Source: Spirogloea muscicola (Eukaryota). From it: a stretch of 64,000 nucleotides of DNA. The stretch lies in assembly GCA_009602725.1 (NCBI GenBank), contig WELB01000032.1, positions 298,636 to 362,635 of the forward strand, read 5' to 3'. The notes beneath the pieces are model-generated. The model was not told where the DNA came from. It worked only from the letters and a program-made list of their open reading frames with translations, and did not search any database. The translations under genes were made by a program, and so were the position numbers. Below are positions 1-12,338 of this stretch, piece after piece. How positions within the stretch are numbered: the first letter of the stretch is position 1; each line of letters starts with the position of its first letter.

Positions 1-1600
1 TTTCCCTGCAGCGAGCTACTCAGACCTGATGTTGCTCACTCGTGGGTACTGAGCTTTCCTCTGCATCGTTTCTGTGTTCTGCAGTATGTTGTAGTGTAGT
101 CCTTTCTCCGGCTCCTCTTGCTTTGGCTTTGGACATTGTCCATTCTTTTTTGGGCTGGCTTGGCCAGCCCCTCTTTTCTATGGGCGCGCTTTTCTTTCGG
201 CAACCGCTGGCTGGATCTCATTCAGCGGCTTGCCCGCCAGGACATTGACCGGCGGCCGGGTCTGCCAGGGGCGATGCCCGGCTTCAACGCCGCCGGTTCG
301 CTCGCCCAAGTCTTCCGCATGCGCCTGGCCGTATCGCTTCAACGCCGCTGGCTCGTGGGCTCAGGTATATCGTATGCGCTTGTCCGTCTCCCTGCAGCCT
401 CAGGCACCTTAGGCACCTTAGTTTAGGTCTCTGTATTATGTAGCCTTGTTTACTTTGCACTCGCCTCTGCTTGAACTGTGTATTGGCTTGAATTGGCCTC
501 CCTTTTCATTTCATGCGCCCCGCGCGCCTTTCTTCTTCTCCAGCGGTCCATGGCCCACGCCTTGCATCTGCGTGCTGGCCGTGCTCTCGCTGCGGCCTCC
601 GGCTTTCGTCAGGGGGATAGTTTTCCGGCAGCTAGTTTGTCGGATGTGAGGCTCCTAACTCGTAAATACTGAGTGGTCCATTCTCCCCCGTTCTGCCATA
701 GCCTCTTCAGGCCCCGCAGTCGCTGCTTAGCGCGTAGTTTGGCCCCTTCATACTTTGTCATGTCTTTTCGGGCTGGCTTCTCACAGCCCTTGCCCCCATT
801 GAGAGAGCCACTTCTTCTTCAACGCTCCCTTGCCCACGCCGTCCACACGCGAGCAGGCCGTGCTATGGCCGCCGCCTCTGGGTCTCGGCGGAGTGCCTCT
901 TTCCCTGCAGCGAGCTACTCAGACCTGATGTTGCTCACTCGTGGGTACTGAGCTTCCCTCTGCATCGTCTATGTGTTCTGCAGTGTTTTGTATGTAGTCC
1001 TTTTTCCGGCTCCTCTTTCTTTGGCTTTGGACATTGTCCATTCTTTTTTGGGCTGGCTTTGCCAGCCCCTCTTCTCTATGGGCGCGCACTTCTCTTCGGA
1101 CCTTGTCCATTTCTTTACGGGCTTTATGGCTTCCGTGGTGGTGGTTTGGCGCCTCAGTATAGCTTGTCAGATATGCATGTGCTCACTCGGGTATATCAGT
1201 GTCCCCCTTACCCAGCTCATTACCCACATTAACAGGACATTTGTAAGGCTAGAATTGGCCTCCCTTTCAATTTCATGCGCACCTTCTCTCTTTCGGGCTT
1301 ACTGGCAGGGGACGAGTTCGTCACCCTGGCCGGCGATGTGCACGGGGCTTTCGGGTCCTTGTGTCAACTGGAAGAGCTGCTTTCCCTGTGTGTTTCAGCG
1401 TTTTCCCTGCCCCCCCTGGGCAAGGGCTGTGAAAAGCCAGCCCGAAGAGTCTTTCCCCTGGTCTTTCTTCCATTGACAGAAGTGGCTCTCCCAATGGGGG
1501 CAAGGGCTGTGAGAAGCCAGCCCGAAAAGAATTGACAAGGTTCGAAAGGGCCAAACTACGAGCTAAGCAGCGACTTTGGGGCCTGAAGAGGCTATCTTCC
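1..1600. mobile_element. Stack of 5'-truncated 3' ends of CRE-like non-LTR retrotransposon families, upstream of DDI1
   Basis: Repeated fragments encode FNAAGSLAQVFRMRLAVSLQR and RAGRALAAASG...SD(L/V)xLLTR(G/K)Y* (stops at 49-51, 670-672, 949-951), matching the C-terminus of the element at 37680-41779. Each is followed by a GGGCTGGC..CAGCCC hairpin and a CTT-rich tail. Minus-strand copies lie at about 1415-1595. Confidence 0.85.
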
Positions 1601-2007
1601 ATTGGCCCCACTCTTGCTTCTCCTGCACTTCCTCTCCAGAACCTACCTGCTGGTCAGTCCCCCGGGCCCCTGCAGCGTTTGCGGCACTCCGCTTGACGTC
1701 GTTCCGCCTGGCCCCCGCTCCCCCGCAGCCAAAACCCGCGCAGGCCCCGCCCCGCCCCGCTCCCCCTTTCTCGCCGCTGCCCTCGGCTGCCTTGCCCCGG
1801 CTCGCTAGCCGACCGGCGCGGCACTGGAGAGGCGCAGAGCTGAGCCGGAAGTTGCACCAACAGGCTTGCCTGCTCAGGCGAGCTCGGTAGCCGGCTGCGC
1901 TCTGAGCAAGCCCGCGTGACGAACCAGCGGAGGCAGTCTGCAATTAGAAGAGGCACTGGGAGCTTCCTGTCGTAGAGGGGCAGGGCTCGGGGCCGCTTTT
2001 GCCAGCC

Positions 2008-5000
2008 ATGAGGGTGACGGTGATGACCCCAGACGATCGGATGGTGGCAGTCGACGTGGACCCCAACGAGCAGGTGCGGTTACTGACACGCGCTGGCAAA
2101 GGCGAAAAGAATTTGGCACTCGAGATAGATGTGGGTATTGGTGGTAGCTGGATTGCGGCTACAGTCAGAGGCAAAGAAGAATGCACTCCGCAGTCCAGAG
2201 GTCTACAGGATGCTGCAGCTCTGTGTTGCTATACAGACTCTACCTTCTACCTGTGCTATGCCAGTGCGAGCTGCACAAGCATAGCCCCTGCTGCAGAGTC
2301 AAGTCTTGTCTCAGCCTCTCTCGTCTTTGCACCCACCAGAATGACATGACATGTGCTTCATAGTTGTGGGGCTTTCTGCTCGCCTGTGGCTCCTCTTTGT
2401 CATGCCTTCCATTTGTATTTATTATGGGTTCAATGGCCCGCACTGCAGGTCGAGAATGTGAAGGCTATTCTTGAAGTAGAGGTGAGGTTGGTCCAAGTCT
2501 ACATCGTCCATGTTTGTGTAGCATGTTCGAGACTCTCTTGCAGCTACGTTTCACTGTCTGGTCATGGAAAAAAGGCTCACAGGATGTCTGTCCAATATTT
2601 GTCCAGTCTTCTAATTCCACTGGTCGTCAAGTCTGCTACTCTTATGCACACAGCCCAGTGATCCTCAATTCCAATTTATGGTGCCGTCTACTTTGAGTCC
2701 TGCAGACCCAGCTTCCAATCGCAAGCCAGCAGCTCATCTATAATGGCATCAGTCTTCAAGATCACCTGACCTTGTCAGCTGCTGGCGTGCATGAGGACGA
2801 TCTTCTGGTGCTCACACAAACACCTCCTAGGTGAGGCTGTTGACCCTTGCAGTCTTCGAGGTCCTGGACTTTGTTAGTAGTCATTGCTTCATGCAGTGTA
2901 GAACAGTCTGCTTGCTGTGGGACTGAATATCAGCAGAGGGAATCATAACGCGACTTTGGTGCTTATCTATCTTGGCCATTTGCCAGCAGACCTGGCAGGC
3001 ACCACGGAGAGCCAGTCAGAGCACAAGGTGATAGAGGAGGACAAGAATTGGGGATGCTTCCTGATGGATCTGCTGTGAACCCAGTCGCTCTTCAGCGGCA
3101 ACTTCGAGCTGACCGCCATCTCATGGGGCGCATGATGCAGGTATGAGCTTTTGCCAAGCCCATTGCACCTGTACATATGGTATATCATGCAAGCCTTTGT
3201 AATTGCTTCCTTGCTGAGAGGCATAAGAAGATGCACCTGGTGCATGTCATGGATGTAAGCAACCGGTTGCTGGTGCCAGACCTCTGTAATCTCGGCCCCA
3301 ACCACAAGGTCTTCTGACTTTGTAGGGTCAGTTGCACAGAACAATAGATGCTCAATTACTCCCCTGAGCTAACAGTTTCGTTGTTGTTGTCATATGAGCT
3401 AGGCAAACAGGCACTTTGCTGAAGTCATAATGGGAGACAACATTGAGGCCTTCCAGGACGCCCTGCGCATACAACATCAGGCAAGAGCAGAGGCGGAGCA
3501 CCAGCAGCAGGAGGATATGGTGAGACTGGGGCTGAAAATCATTTCGAGTCATTTCATACAACACTCAACAATTTCACTGCAACCTGGAACCAGTGAGATG
3601 TATATAATGGTTGCATCTTCTCTTTTATTTGGCAGGATCTCCTGAGTGCCGATCCATTCGACATTGAAGCCCAGAGGAGGATTGAAGAACGCATTCGCAA
3701 GGTACCTGCCTTTACCTCTCCAGCAAATTCGTGACTGGCGATTTTGGCTTCTGATAGCCTCATCGGCAGGCAATGTAGTGCGGCAGTCTCTTTCCTCTAC
3801 AGGGATTACTAGCGGTCCATACCAGCCCCTTCCTCTTTTGAGCACTTCGCGATTATGAGTTGGGGCTCCCCCTTTGATCCGGTCCCTTGCCTTAAGGATG
3901 GCCTTTACACCCACCACCTCATTTGGAAGGGCTTCTTCTCCTTCATAGCCACTTGCCCTACTGAGCGTCTGGGCTGTCTTGGTCGGGCTTCCCCGTCACT
4001 TAGGCGGAGATTCTCTAGTCTGTCCTCTCTTTTGGGCTGGCCTTGTCACAGCCATGGCCACCTTGTTCTTTGTGCTTCTCGGTTGCTTTATCCATGACTT
4101 GTTTGACCTAGTCCTGTGGCTATGTATGCTGGTTGATGAGGCATGTCGCTTGCTTGCTCAGAAAAATGTGGAGGAGAATTGGGAGAATGCTCTTGAATAC
4201 AACCCTGAGGCTTTTGCACAAGTGGTATTTCCAGAGCTCAGTCTCCACAGTGTTGTGACCCAGAATACGCTTGTGCCAATTCTGTATGTCTTGCTTCTGC
4301 ACTGATCTGGAGTTCTTGGCACACAGGTGATGCTCTATGTCGATGTGGAGGTCAATGGTGTGCCCCTCAAGGTGAGGAGCCTGCCTTGCATGGTCCATCC
4401 AAGGATATCAAACGCAGAGCTTGCTTGCTGTGGTTGTTCTATGGGTATGAGTGGCTATTTGTGTGCTTCACTTATCACGATAAACAATGGCTTCTCGAGT
4501 GCTTCTTCTGAAATTTTACAAGGACCCTACCCTTCAGGCATTTGTGGATAGTGGAGCTCAAACGACTATTATGAGCAAGGACTGTGCCGAGCGCACAGGC
4601 CTCCTTCGATTGATGGACTCACGGTACTCAGGGGTGGCCAGGGGCGTGGGTACTGGAAGGATTTTGGGGCGCATACATGTGGCACAGCTCAAGGTCAGCA
4701 TTGGTAATGTGATGTCAAGGAGGTCTGGAACACCGTACTGTCGGGGTCATACAAATATTACAGATGCTGATGCCTTGTCAATCTGACTCCTGACAGCAGC
4801 AAGCAGTGTCAATTAACATCATTCTACACACTACTTGCAGATTGGAACACAGTTCTATCCGTGCTCGTTCACAGTGCTTGAAGCACAGGACATGGAACTT
4901 CTTTTTGGCCTTGACATGCTACGCAAGCACCAGGTACTACTGGAGTGCATGTCAAATTGGTAAGACATGCTTTTCTCCTACTGCTGGCTGTCTTCATCTT

Positions 5001-6030
5001 GTCAGGCAAGAGCTATTTTGTATGAGACAATCCGACTCACTAGGACGACATGTGACACTCATATACTGGACTGCAAAATTGTACCCTTCTTGTTTGGCAC
5101 AGTGCTTGATTGACCTGAAGAACAATTCTTTACAAGTTGGAGGTGGAGAGGTGGCAGTTCCCTTTCTAGCAGGTAAAAAGACAGCGTCAGTTTCCTTTCT
5201 AGCCCGTAGCATCACTGTGCTAGTGACATGGATGCTGCTGAAACTCATACTTCTGTATTATGTGCTTTGTTTCTTGCTCGCTACTATGACAAGAAGAGAA
5301 GCAAGGGTCACGGCATCTCTAGTTATTGCCTTCTTGAGGTTGTGCTTTCTCTGAGCTGTCTTGGACAGCTTTTCTGAGGCATCAATTCATGCTTGGATTG
5401 CAGAGAAAGATCTACCTTCAAGATTAAGAATGCATCCGGATGTACAAGATGCAGACTCAATGAGAGTGAGCCTCCTGTACCTGTCAGATCAACTAACAAG
5501 CTCAGGGGGACTGAGATGAGCTGCTTTCAGGTCCTGGTCCAATCCTTGTCACCGCGAAACAGTGATGTTGGCCAGACTGACCCACAGACACAATAGATAT
5601 CAAAGACAGCACTGTCTGCCAGACTGGCCTTGATGACATGCACCATTGTTCCAAGATGATGTACAGGGCAATGCCACCAGCAGTGCCTCAGGCCTTCCAT
5701 CTACACCAGGCCAGCTTGCTGATGTTCGTCAACCACCAGTGGCACCTTCAGATGTGAGTAACTCTGTGCTGGTAGCACAAATGATGTGCTTTCAGCTCAA
5801 ATGATGTTATTTACAAATTGAGCTGGCTTTGGCTCTCTTCTTCATGTCAGAAAGGCAGTCTCAGATGCTCTGCACCAACTTGCCTGGTTGCATCTCATGG
5901 TAGTCAGGGCATGGAAGAGAAAGTTGTGAGATTGAGTGAGCTAGGATTCGACAGAGCCCAAGTGCTTAAGGCGCTGGCCCTCTGCCGTGGAAATGAAGAA
6001 GAGGCTGCCTCCCTGCTATTTGGAGGATAG
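2008..6030 (+). CDS. DDI1: DNA damage-inducible protein 1 (UBL - retroviral-like aspartic protease - UBA), multi-exon
   Basis: N-terminal UBL exon [56 protein letters not shown]; catalytic [20 protein letters not shown]-terminal [45 protein letters not shown] introns. Confidence 0.95.
3890..4075 (+). mobile_element. Diverged retroelement 3'-end remnant inside a DDI1 intron
   Basis: TACTGAG stop-context motif at about 3959, then TTTTGGGCTGGCCTTGTCACAGCCATGGCCACC (about 4030-4062), the same hairpin motif as in the promoter clusters. Confidence 0.5.
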
Positions 6031-6639
6031 CCTTCTGTTTGGGGTCAAGGAACTGTGCCACTTCTGGGCCTCTGACGAGGTAATTGACCATGCAATGCCA
6101 ACGTGAAATTGCATGTGCGCTATAGCTCGTTTACAGAGTGGCGTTGCAGCAAGGAGTGGCTCCCATCCCTCTACGTTCCAAGCATGTAACTGGACATCTT
6201 GGTTTTGTGGCTGGGCCTGTGTCCAAGCACAGGGTCGAATGACTCTGCCTGTCACCAGGTTGCTTGACGGGCGGCATCTAATTGTGCACATTTGTGATTG
6301 AAGAGCATTCGCAGGAGGTTTGCAGACTGTGCGGCTCCTGGTGTGCTGAGTGGTTAGATACCCTTTTACGTCCATGACAGCTCTCTCCGTGAGGAGCACG
6401 GCTGGAGGCTTCCTGCTGTCTCTTGGTGGGGCAAACTCAGGAAGAAGCGCTTTGCTGAGACTCATGGAGCAGCTGTGAAGGGCCAGCCCTGTCTCTTGGG
6501 AGAGTCAGCGAGCAGATGAGGTGCCAGAGCTGACCCATTGGTAGCGGAGCGCAGCGGCAGTCCGCGACTGGCGGCGAGGCCCCTCCCAGGAGAAGTAGCT
6601 CTTTCGAGGGGTGCGATGGCTGTGAAAGGTTAGCTCCCA

Positions 6640-6850
6640 GGGGCCTCCTTGTTTGTGGGGCTTTGCCTTTGACCTTGTCCACTCGCTTTCGGCTCCTTTA
6701 CCATCCTTTTGAGTTGGCCTTTCACGGCCATCGCCACCTCTCACAGAGCTTCTTCTCTTGTCTATCCATTTTTGGTGTGGCCCCTTTGGAAGACCCACTT
6801 CACTTTATGCATCTTGTCATTCTTTTCGTCGGCTGCTGGCCCTTGCAGCC
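6640..6850 (+). mobile_element. Degenerate retroelement 3'-UTR remnants upstream of the gene at 7198
   Basis: GACCTTGTCCA and TTTTGAGTTGGCCTTTCACGGCCATCGCCACC motifs, similar to the 3'-UTR hairpin modules elsewhere in the window. Confidence 0.55.
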
Positions 6851-7008
6851 CTCGTCCACCTCGGAAAACACCAACTTCTACTCTCACAGCCGTTGCCCCC
6901 TCGTGCACGAGCTTCGTCGTCGCCTTCATCTGCTAAACGTTGAGGAAGGCATGGACGGTAAGGTCGGCCCGGGCAGCTTGGACCGGGGGCCGGCCGCAGC
7001 GCCCGGGA

Positions 7009-7035
7009 TTAGGGTTCGGGAGTTTAGGGTTAGGG
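7009..7035. promoter_or_regulatory. Telomere-like / telo-box-like motif in a promoter
   Basis: TTAGGGTT...TTTAGGGTTAGGG about 170 bp upstream of the ATG at 7198. Confidence 0.4.
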
Positions 7036-7197
7036 GCCAACCCCCCTTCCCCCCGCCGCCTCTTTCGGCGTCGCCTCCCTCTGCCGGCGCCTGGCCCGGC
7101 GACGGCTCGGCCCCCAACTCACCGACGCCGCCGCCGCCGTCGCCGCCGCCCACGACAGAAGGCCGCCGTCTGGCTCTGCCGTGAGCCGTGGCGGGGC

Positions 7198-8279
7198 ATG
7201 GCCACGCCGTTGTGGGCGGGCCTCGACACGGGCTTGTCGGACGCGTCTGACGACGAGAGCGACGAGAGCGACGGCGCCGCCGGAGAGCCGGAGGACGGCC
7301 ACGGGGGGCAGGCTGCGCCGGGTACACCGCGAGAGGACGTCCCGGAGGGCGAGGGGAGGCTGGCTGCGGGCACCGCAGCCGGCGCCTCCGGTGAGGGCCG
7401 CTGGCGATCTGCGGGATGCCTCAGTCTACGCCGCGCGCGGCTGCTGCTAAGCGGCAGAGCCGGGCAGGCCGCGGAGAGACTGGGTCCCATGGCCACGTTG
7501 TAGGCCAGACGAGCCCCTCTCGGACCCAACAGCAACGTTCCCAGTCGAGCATACAACGTTCCCAGTCGAGCATACCACACCTCTCGAGGCTTCTGAGGTG
7601 CCCACTTGTGGTCGCGAGCTGCCACGCCTGCCGTGTCTGCGCCCCTGACTGTTACTCGTCGTGTGTGAGTCAAGGTCGCCTGCAGCCGGCCGCTGGCGCC
7701 AAGAAGGCAAGGCTGGACTATGAGGCTCTGAAGCGCCACGGCTTCCGGGGCGGGCCCTCCGTGCTGCACGTTCCAGCTCCCCGCGCATCCGTGGAGCAGC
7801 AGGCCTGGGACTGGGCGAATGGCGAAGCGCAGGCCAAGGTGGACGACAAGGAGAGCTTTGGCGAGAGGGAGAAGCTGCGGGCTGCTGTCAACGAGGGGAG
7901 CATGCAGGTCGCTCTCCTGGGTGCCCTCGCGGCTGTTAGACATGTCCTTCTTCCCAGACCTCTACTCCCATCACCTGCTGGCCTGACTGTGGGGGACCTG
8001 GCTGCTATGTAGCTCACACTGGGACTGCTTCGAGATGACTTGCCTGGCTGAAGAGAAAACCATGGCTGTTGATTGCAGGCAGCCGCCTTGGCCTTACAGC
8101 ATAATAGTTTCGCGAAGCAGCAGCGCAAGGATGCAGCAGAAGAGCGCAGGCAGATGACCTTCAGCCAAAAAGAAAAGCGGAAGCGAGATCTGGGGCAGGC
8201 AAGCCGAGGCAAAAATTACGTAGAAGAGGAGAAACGGTTGTTAAGAGACTCAGGTGTTTACTCAGGGTTTGACGCCTAG
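7198..8279 (+). CDS. UPF0690 / C1orf52-like (DUF4660) small nuclear protein, probably 3 exons
   Basis: Acidic N-terminus; LDYEALKRHGFRGGPSVLHVPAP; C-terminal TFSQKEKRKRDLGQASRGKNYVEEEKRLLRDSGVYSGFDA*, characteristic of plant C1orf52 homologues. Confidence 0.75.
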
Positions 8280-9509
8280 AGCGCTCTGGTTGCCAGATAC
8301 TTTCGACCACTTCTGGACATACAGGCTTGCTGCAAACTCAAGCAACGTCCACGTGTAAAAGTTGCACCAATCTGCCAAAGGTGATTAGAAAAGCTTAGTT
8401 AGTATGTTATCTTTGTGACTTGCAGCAAGGACCTCTGCTGCAAGCTCTAAAGTACCCCTTAAACCAGATGTGTAGAGGGCTGTCATATTCTATGATCTGC
8501 CTGCCAGGTAAAGCGTTGGCATATCAGGTCAGCTTTTATTAGCAGGTCTAAAGAAAATGGAGAATCTTCCCTCAGCTTCTGCACGACATCGCACGTATGC
8601 AAACAATAAGCTGATGTGTGCAATGATGTCACTGGAGTTAGGGGCCATGCATTGAGGTTGTCAGTCAGCATGGCACCAATTCAAAGGTTTGACGAGAAAC
8701 TATTTCATTAGTCGGGAAATACATCCTCACCATAGTCAAGCGTGTGGCCTTACATGATCTCTGAGGCTGCATTTACCAACGCATACGCACGGATATACAT
8801 TGCACAATTACTCTGCTTGACACCCACTACAACCATGTTGTGCAAACTTTACTTGCCACTCTACAGGCTACTTTATGGCACGATTGCTAGCTGACAGCTC
8901 GTTTGCTTCAATGAGAGAGACAACCAACCTCACTTCCTGTCGATCTAGCTTGCCACAAAGGACAAGTCTGACAACAGGCCTCGGAATAACAAGCAGATAG
9001 TGCAGCCATCTGCAACGCTATTTGCATGCATATACACTGCCAGTACAGAAACAGCTCCAAGAGGCAGCTCCAAGAGTCATGGGCTGCCTGCCCACGTTGG
9101 GCCTGCCGCTTGCTACTCGTCTGACCTCCTTGGACTACCCAAGAACCTGCTGAAGCAGGCGCTAGACTGCACAGCTCTGTGAGGGCCGTCCAAACTGGCT
9201 AATCAGAGGCCACGCAAGGACGAGCATAGGTGAAAACGTGCACCCATCTAATAGCAGTCGGATGTGCTTGCAATTTAGCAACTGGAAGAGGAAAGGCTTG
9301 AGCCCCTACTGAGGAAGAGGGATGCAAGTAAGAAGATAATGCCTACAGAACTGCCATGAAGCGTGGGTGGGCCTCTTCCTTACGCCTGGTTGATGACTGC
9401 CGTCATGGTGCGTTTCTGCTTGCCATGCCCTCACATAAGGATTTGAAGTCGTGCAAGCCAAGCACACTAGTCGTGCTGAGATATCTCCAAGGAAGGATAG
9501 AGAACAGCC

Positions 9510-10965
9510 TCAATGCTTCAACGACCGTGGGTCCTGGTCGTCCTCCACGCGTGCTTGTATGCGCTTCCTCTTCCGATCCAAGGGTGGCCGAGCGACGTCC
9601 TCCTCCTCCTCATCCTCCTCGTCAAAGTCCTCATCCTCACCATTCTCTTCCTCCCCAGGCTCAAAGTCGCTCTGGCCCTCTTCGTCAGCTGCCTGGCCAA
9701 TGGGGGCCACGAGGTACTCGGTGCCGTAGACCTCGTCGTCATCCTGCACGCCATCCAATGTGTTCTGTCACTGGAGAGAATTCGCAGGCAAGGTTTCAAA
9801 GCTGTCATTGAGAAGTACCCCCAGGCGCTCTCAGACATCAATGCTTGCTTCCAGCATGCAGATGATCTGAGGAGCAAGAGCTGAAGAGTTGCCACGTCAA
9901 GCAGACAGCAAATGAGCTGCTAACCTCCGCGACGTCGTCATCATTTTCGTTGTCCTCCTCCACTTCTGGCCCACCTTCTGCGACGCCACGGCCAGCTTTG
10001 GCATGGTTGCCATCACCAGCCGCCCCTTCTTCCTCGTAATCTCCATCACCATCGCTGGGCTCCTCATCGTCCTCCTCGTCCAGCGCCCCTTGTGCCAGGT
10101 TCCCGCCGTCTCTGGCTCGCAATGCACGACCGCCAGGGACTTCATAAAGGTCTCCCTGCTCCAGCGCTTCGTCGTCCTCCTCGTCCTCGTCCTCGTCGCC
10201 GCCGTCGTGCTCTTGGCTGCCGTCATCAACATCTTCCACCTCCACCCTCGCATGGCTGCCGTTCCCGGCCTCGTCCTCCTCCTCCTCGTCGTCCTCGTCC
10301 CCCGGCCCGAGGTCGTCGTCACGGCCATCCTCGTCGTCCTCCTCCTCCTCCTGGGCCACAGCCACCCGGGGCGCTTGCCCAGCCTTGGCAACATGCACGC
10401 GGCCACCCTCCTCCTCCTCGTCCTCCTCGTCGTCCTCGTCCTCCTCATCTAGAGCCTCGTCCTCCTCGCTCCCCTGCTCCACCTGGACTCCCTCACCGCC
10501 CTCAGCCCCTGCTCCGCCTCCGCCGCCATCCCCGTCGTCATCATCCTCGTCGTCGTCGTCGTCGTCGTCGTTGCCGTCATTGTCGTCCTCGTCATCGTCG
10601 TCGTCGTCGTCGCCCTCGTGCTCGTCGTTGGCCCCCTCCTCTTCTTCGTCATCCTCGTCGAGCTCCTGCACGTCGTCCTCCTCGTCACTGAGCTCCACAA
10701 CGTCCGCGCGGCTAGCGCCGCCACGACCACCGTACTCGGCCCCGCCGCCTTGTCCGTTGTCCCCCTCCCCGTCCTCTCCATCGTCATCCTCGTCGTCTTG
10801 CTCTCCGTCCTCCTCGTCGTCCTCGTCCACCTCGTCCTCCTCGTCTCCAGCATCACGCCCGTCATTGCCGGCGCCGCCTCTCCCGTCGACGCCGTCGTCC
10901 TCGTCCTCGTCCACCTGGTCGTCGTACTCCGCGTCCTCCTTGTCCAGGTCCTCGAGCAGCGTCAT
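9510..10965 (-). CDS. Highly acidic ANP32-related nuclear protein (exons 10965-9925 and 9764-9510)
   Basis: Long D/E-rich ORF with an in-frame GT-AG intron. C-terminal GTEYLVAPIGQAADEEGQSDFEP and an RKRKR NLS resemble the C-terminus of plant ANP32-related proteins. Confidence 0.7.
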
Positions 10966-11439
10966 GAGGCCGAGCGCGGCTCCGGGAGGGGCGCGTGGGA
11001 GATCGGGCGAGGCTGCCGTGGGAGCCTCAGGATGCGCGGCGGCTAGAGAGATGCCGCTGCGGAGCTGCGAAACAGCGGCGGCGGCGCCGCTGCACCGCCG
11101 AGAGCGACTGATTCTGCCTCCGAGGCTCTCCGGGTGCGCGGGGCAGGGCTCGCGGAGGCTGGCAGCAGGTCAAAGCTGCGACGGCGCTGCAGGGCCGCGC
11201 ATCGCGGCAGCGGCGGGCTCAGAGGGCGAGCGGCGGGGGCCGGCGGGGAGGCGGCGGCGGAGAGCGCAGGGGCCCGGGGGNGGCGTCACAGCGCTGGGGG
11301 GGGGGGGGGGGCGCAACGGTGCGCAACGAAACACCCCACCCGCTCTGGCGTGTCGTCACGTGTCGTTCCCGTTGCTTTCTTCTCGCCAGGGGCGGCCCCA
11401 GCCTGGCCCTCATCAAGCACTGACCGGCCCTTCTCCACC

Positions 11440-11745
11440 GGGCGAGCCCTTCCCTTTGCCAGCCCCTCTTCTCTACGGGCGAGCACTTACTTTCTTATAC
11501 TTTGCTCATCCTTTTTTGGGCTGGCCTTTTCCAGCCAATATCCTCAATGGGCGAGCCCTTCTTGTCTCCGTAGCACTCCGGCTCCTTCAGACCTTGTCCA
11601 TTCCTTCTCTCTCTCTTTGGGCTGGCCTCTCCCAGCCACCAGTTAATCTGGCCGCGCTTGCTTCTCTGCGTTCGCTTGCCTGGACAGTGGATTGGAGAAA
11701 ACTGGCCACCATCCTATTTCATGCTCACCGCGCGCCTTCACTCCC
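11440..11745 (+). mobile_element. Cluster of short retroelement 3'-end fragments upstream of the acidic-protein gene
   Basis: CCAGCCCCTCTTCTCTACGGGCGAGCAC; TTTTTGGGCTGGCCTTTTCCAGCC..TCCTCAATGGGCGAGCCCTTC; a copy at about 11577-11667 matches about 36557-36638 in reverse complement; CATGCTCACCGCGCGCCTTC-type end. Confidence 0.8.
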
Positions 11746-12338
11746 CCTTTCAGCGCCGTGGCACAGCTGGCGTCCTCGTCCGCGAACGATGTGAATGAAA
11801 GTGGTGGACGTGCCGGCCCTGACGTCGGGCAAGAGCCGGAGGCCACCAAGGTGGCTGCGGGCTGAGAAAGCGGCTGGCCGACCGCGGACGAGAAGCCTGG
11901 CTGGCTGTGCTCCGTGACGAGAGCACAGCCACGAAGGCCGCCGCCGCACACCGTGCACAAGCCGTGCGCTGGCTCAATGGCCAAAAAGGGCGTGGAGGAG
12001 CACATCTACCTGTCTGTCTCGGGGACCACCATCCCCCTCAGTGCTGCCAGCTGGCCTACTCGCCAAATGAGCGCATAAGCCGCTGCTCCGTGCAGGGAAC
12101 CCAGAGCAATGGTCAAGGGCAGCAGCTGATAACACAGGAGAAGGGTGAGACACCTGCAAGCCCAGGCTGCCGCACCACATGCTTGCCTCTCGCCGCCTGG
12201 CTCATGCCTTGCGCTTACGCACCTGGCTGCCTTATCCGCCTGTCCGCCCACTTCTTCTCTCCTTTTCCTGGCAGACTGTTGTGCTAGAAGGTTAAAGCCA
12301 CTTGCATTCCAGCTACTACGAACGCCTTACAAGACGGG

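Noticed and set aside
1..1600. CRISPR array or LTR interpretation of the recurring repeats
   Set aside because: The repeats are variable-length, in both orientations, encode the non-LTR C-terminus, and lack regular spacers, cas genes or TG..CA ends.
7009..7035. True telomere or telomere-targeted insertion site
   Set aside because: Only 2-3 degenerate units, and the element junctions in the window are not at telomeric repeats.
10003..11794. Long plus-strand Ser/Leu/Val/Arg-rich ORFs
   Set aside because: These are antisense shadows of the acidic GAC/GAG-rich gene on the minus strand.
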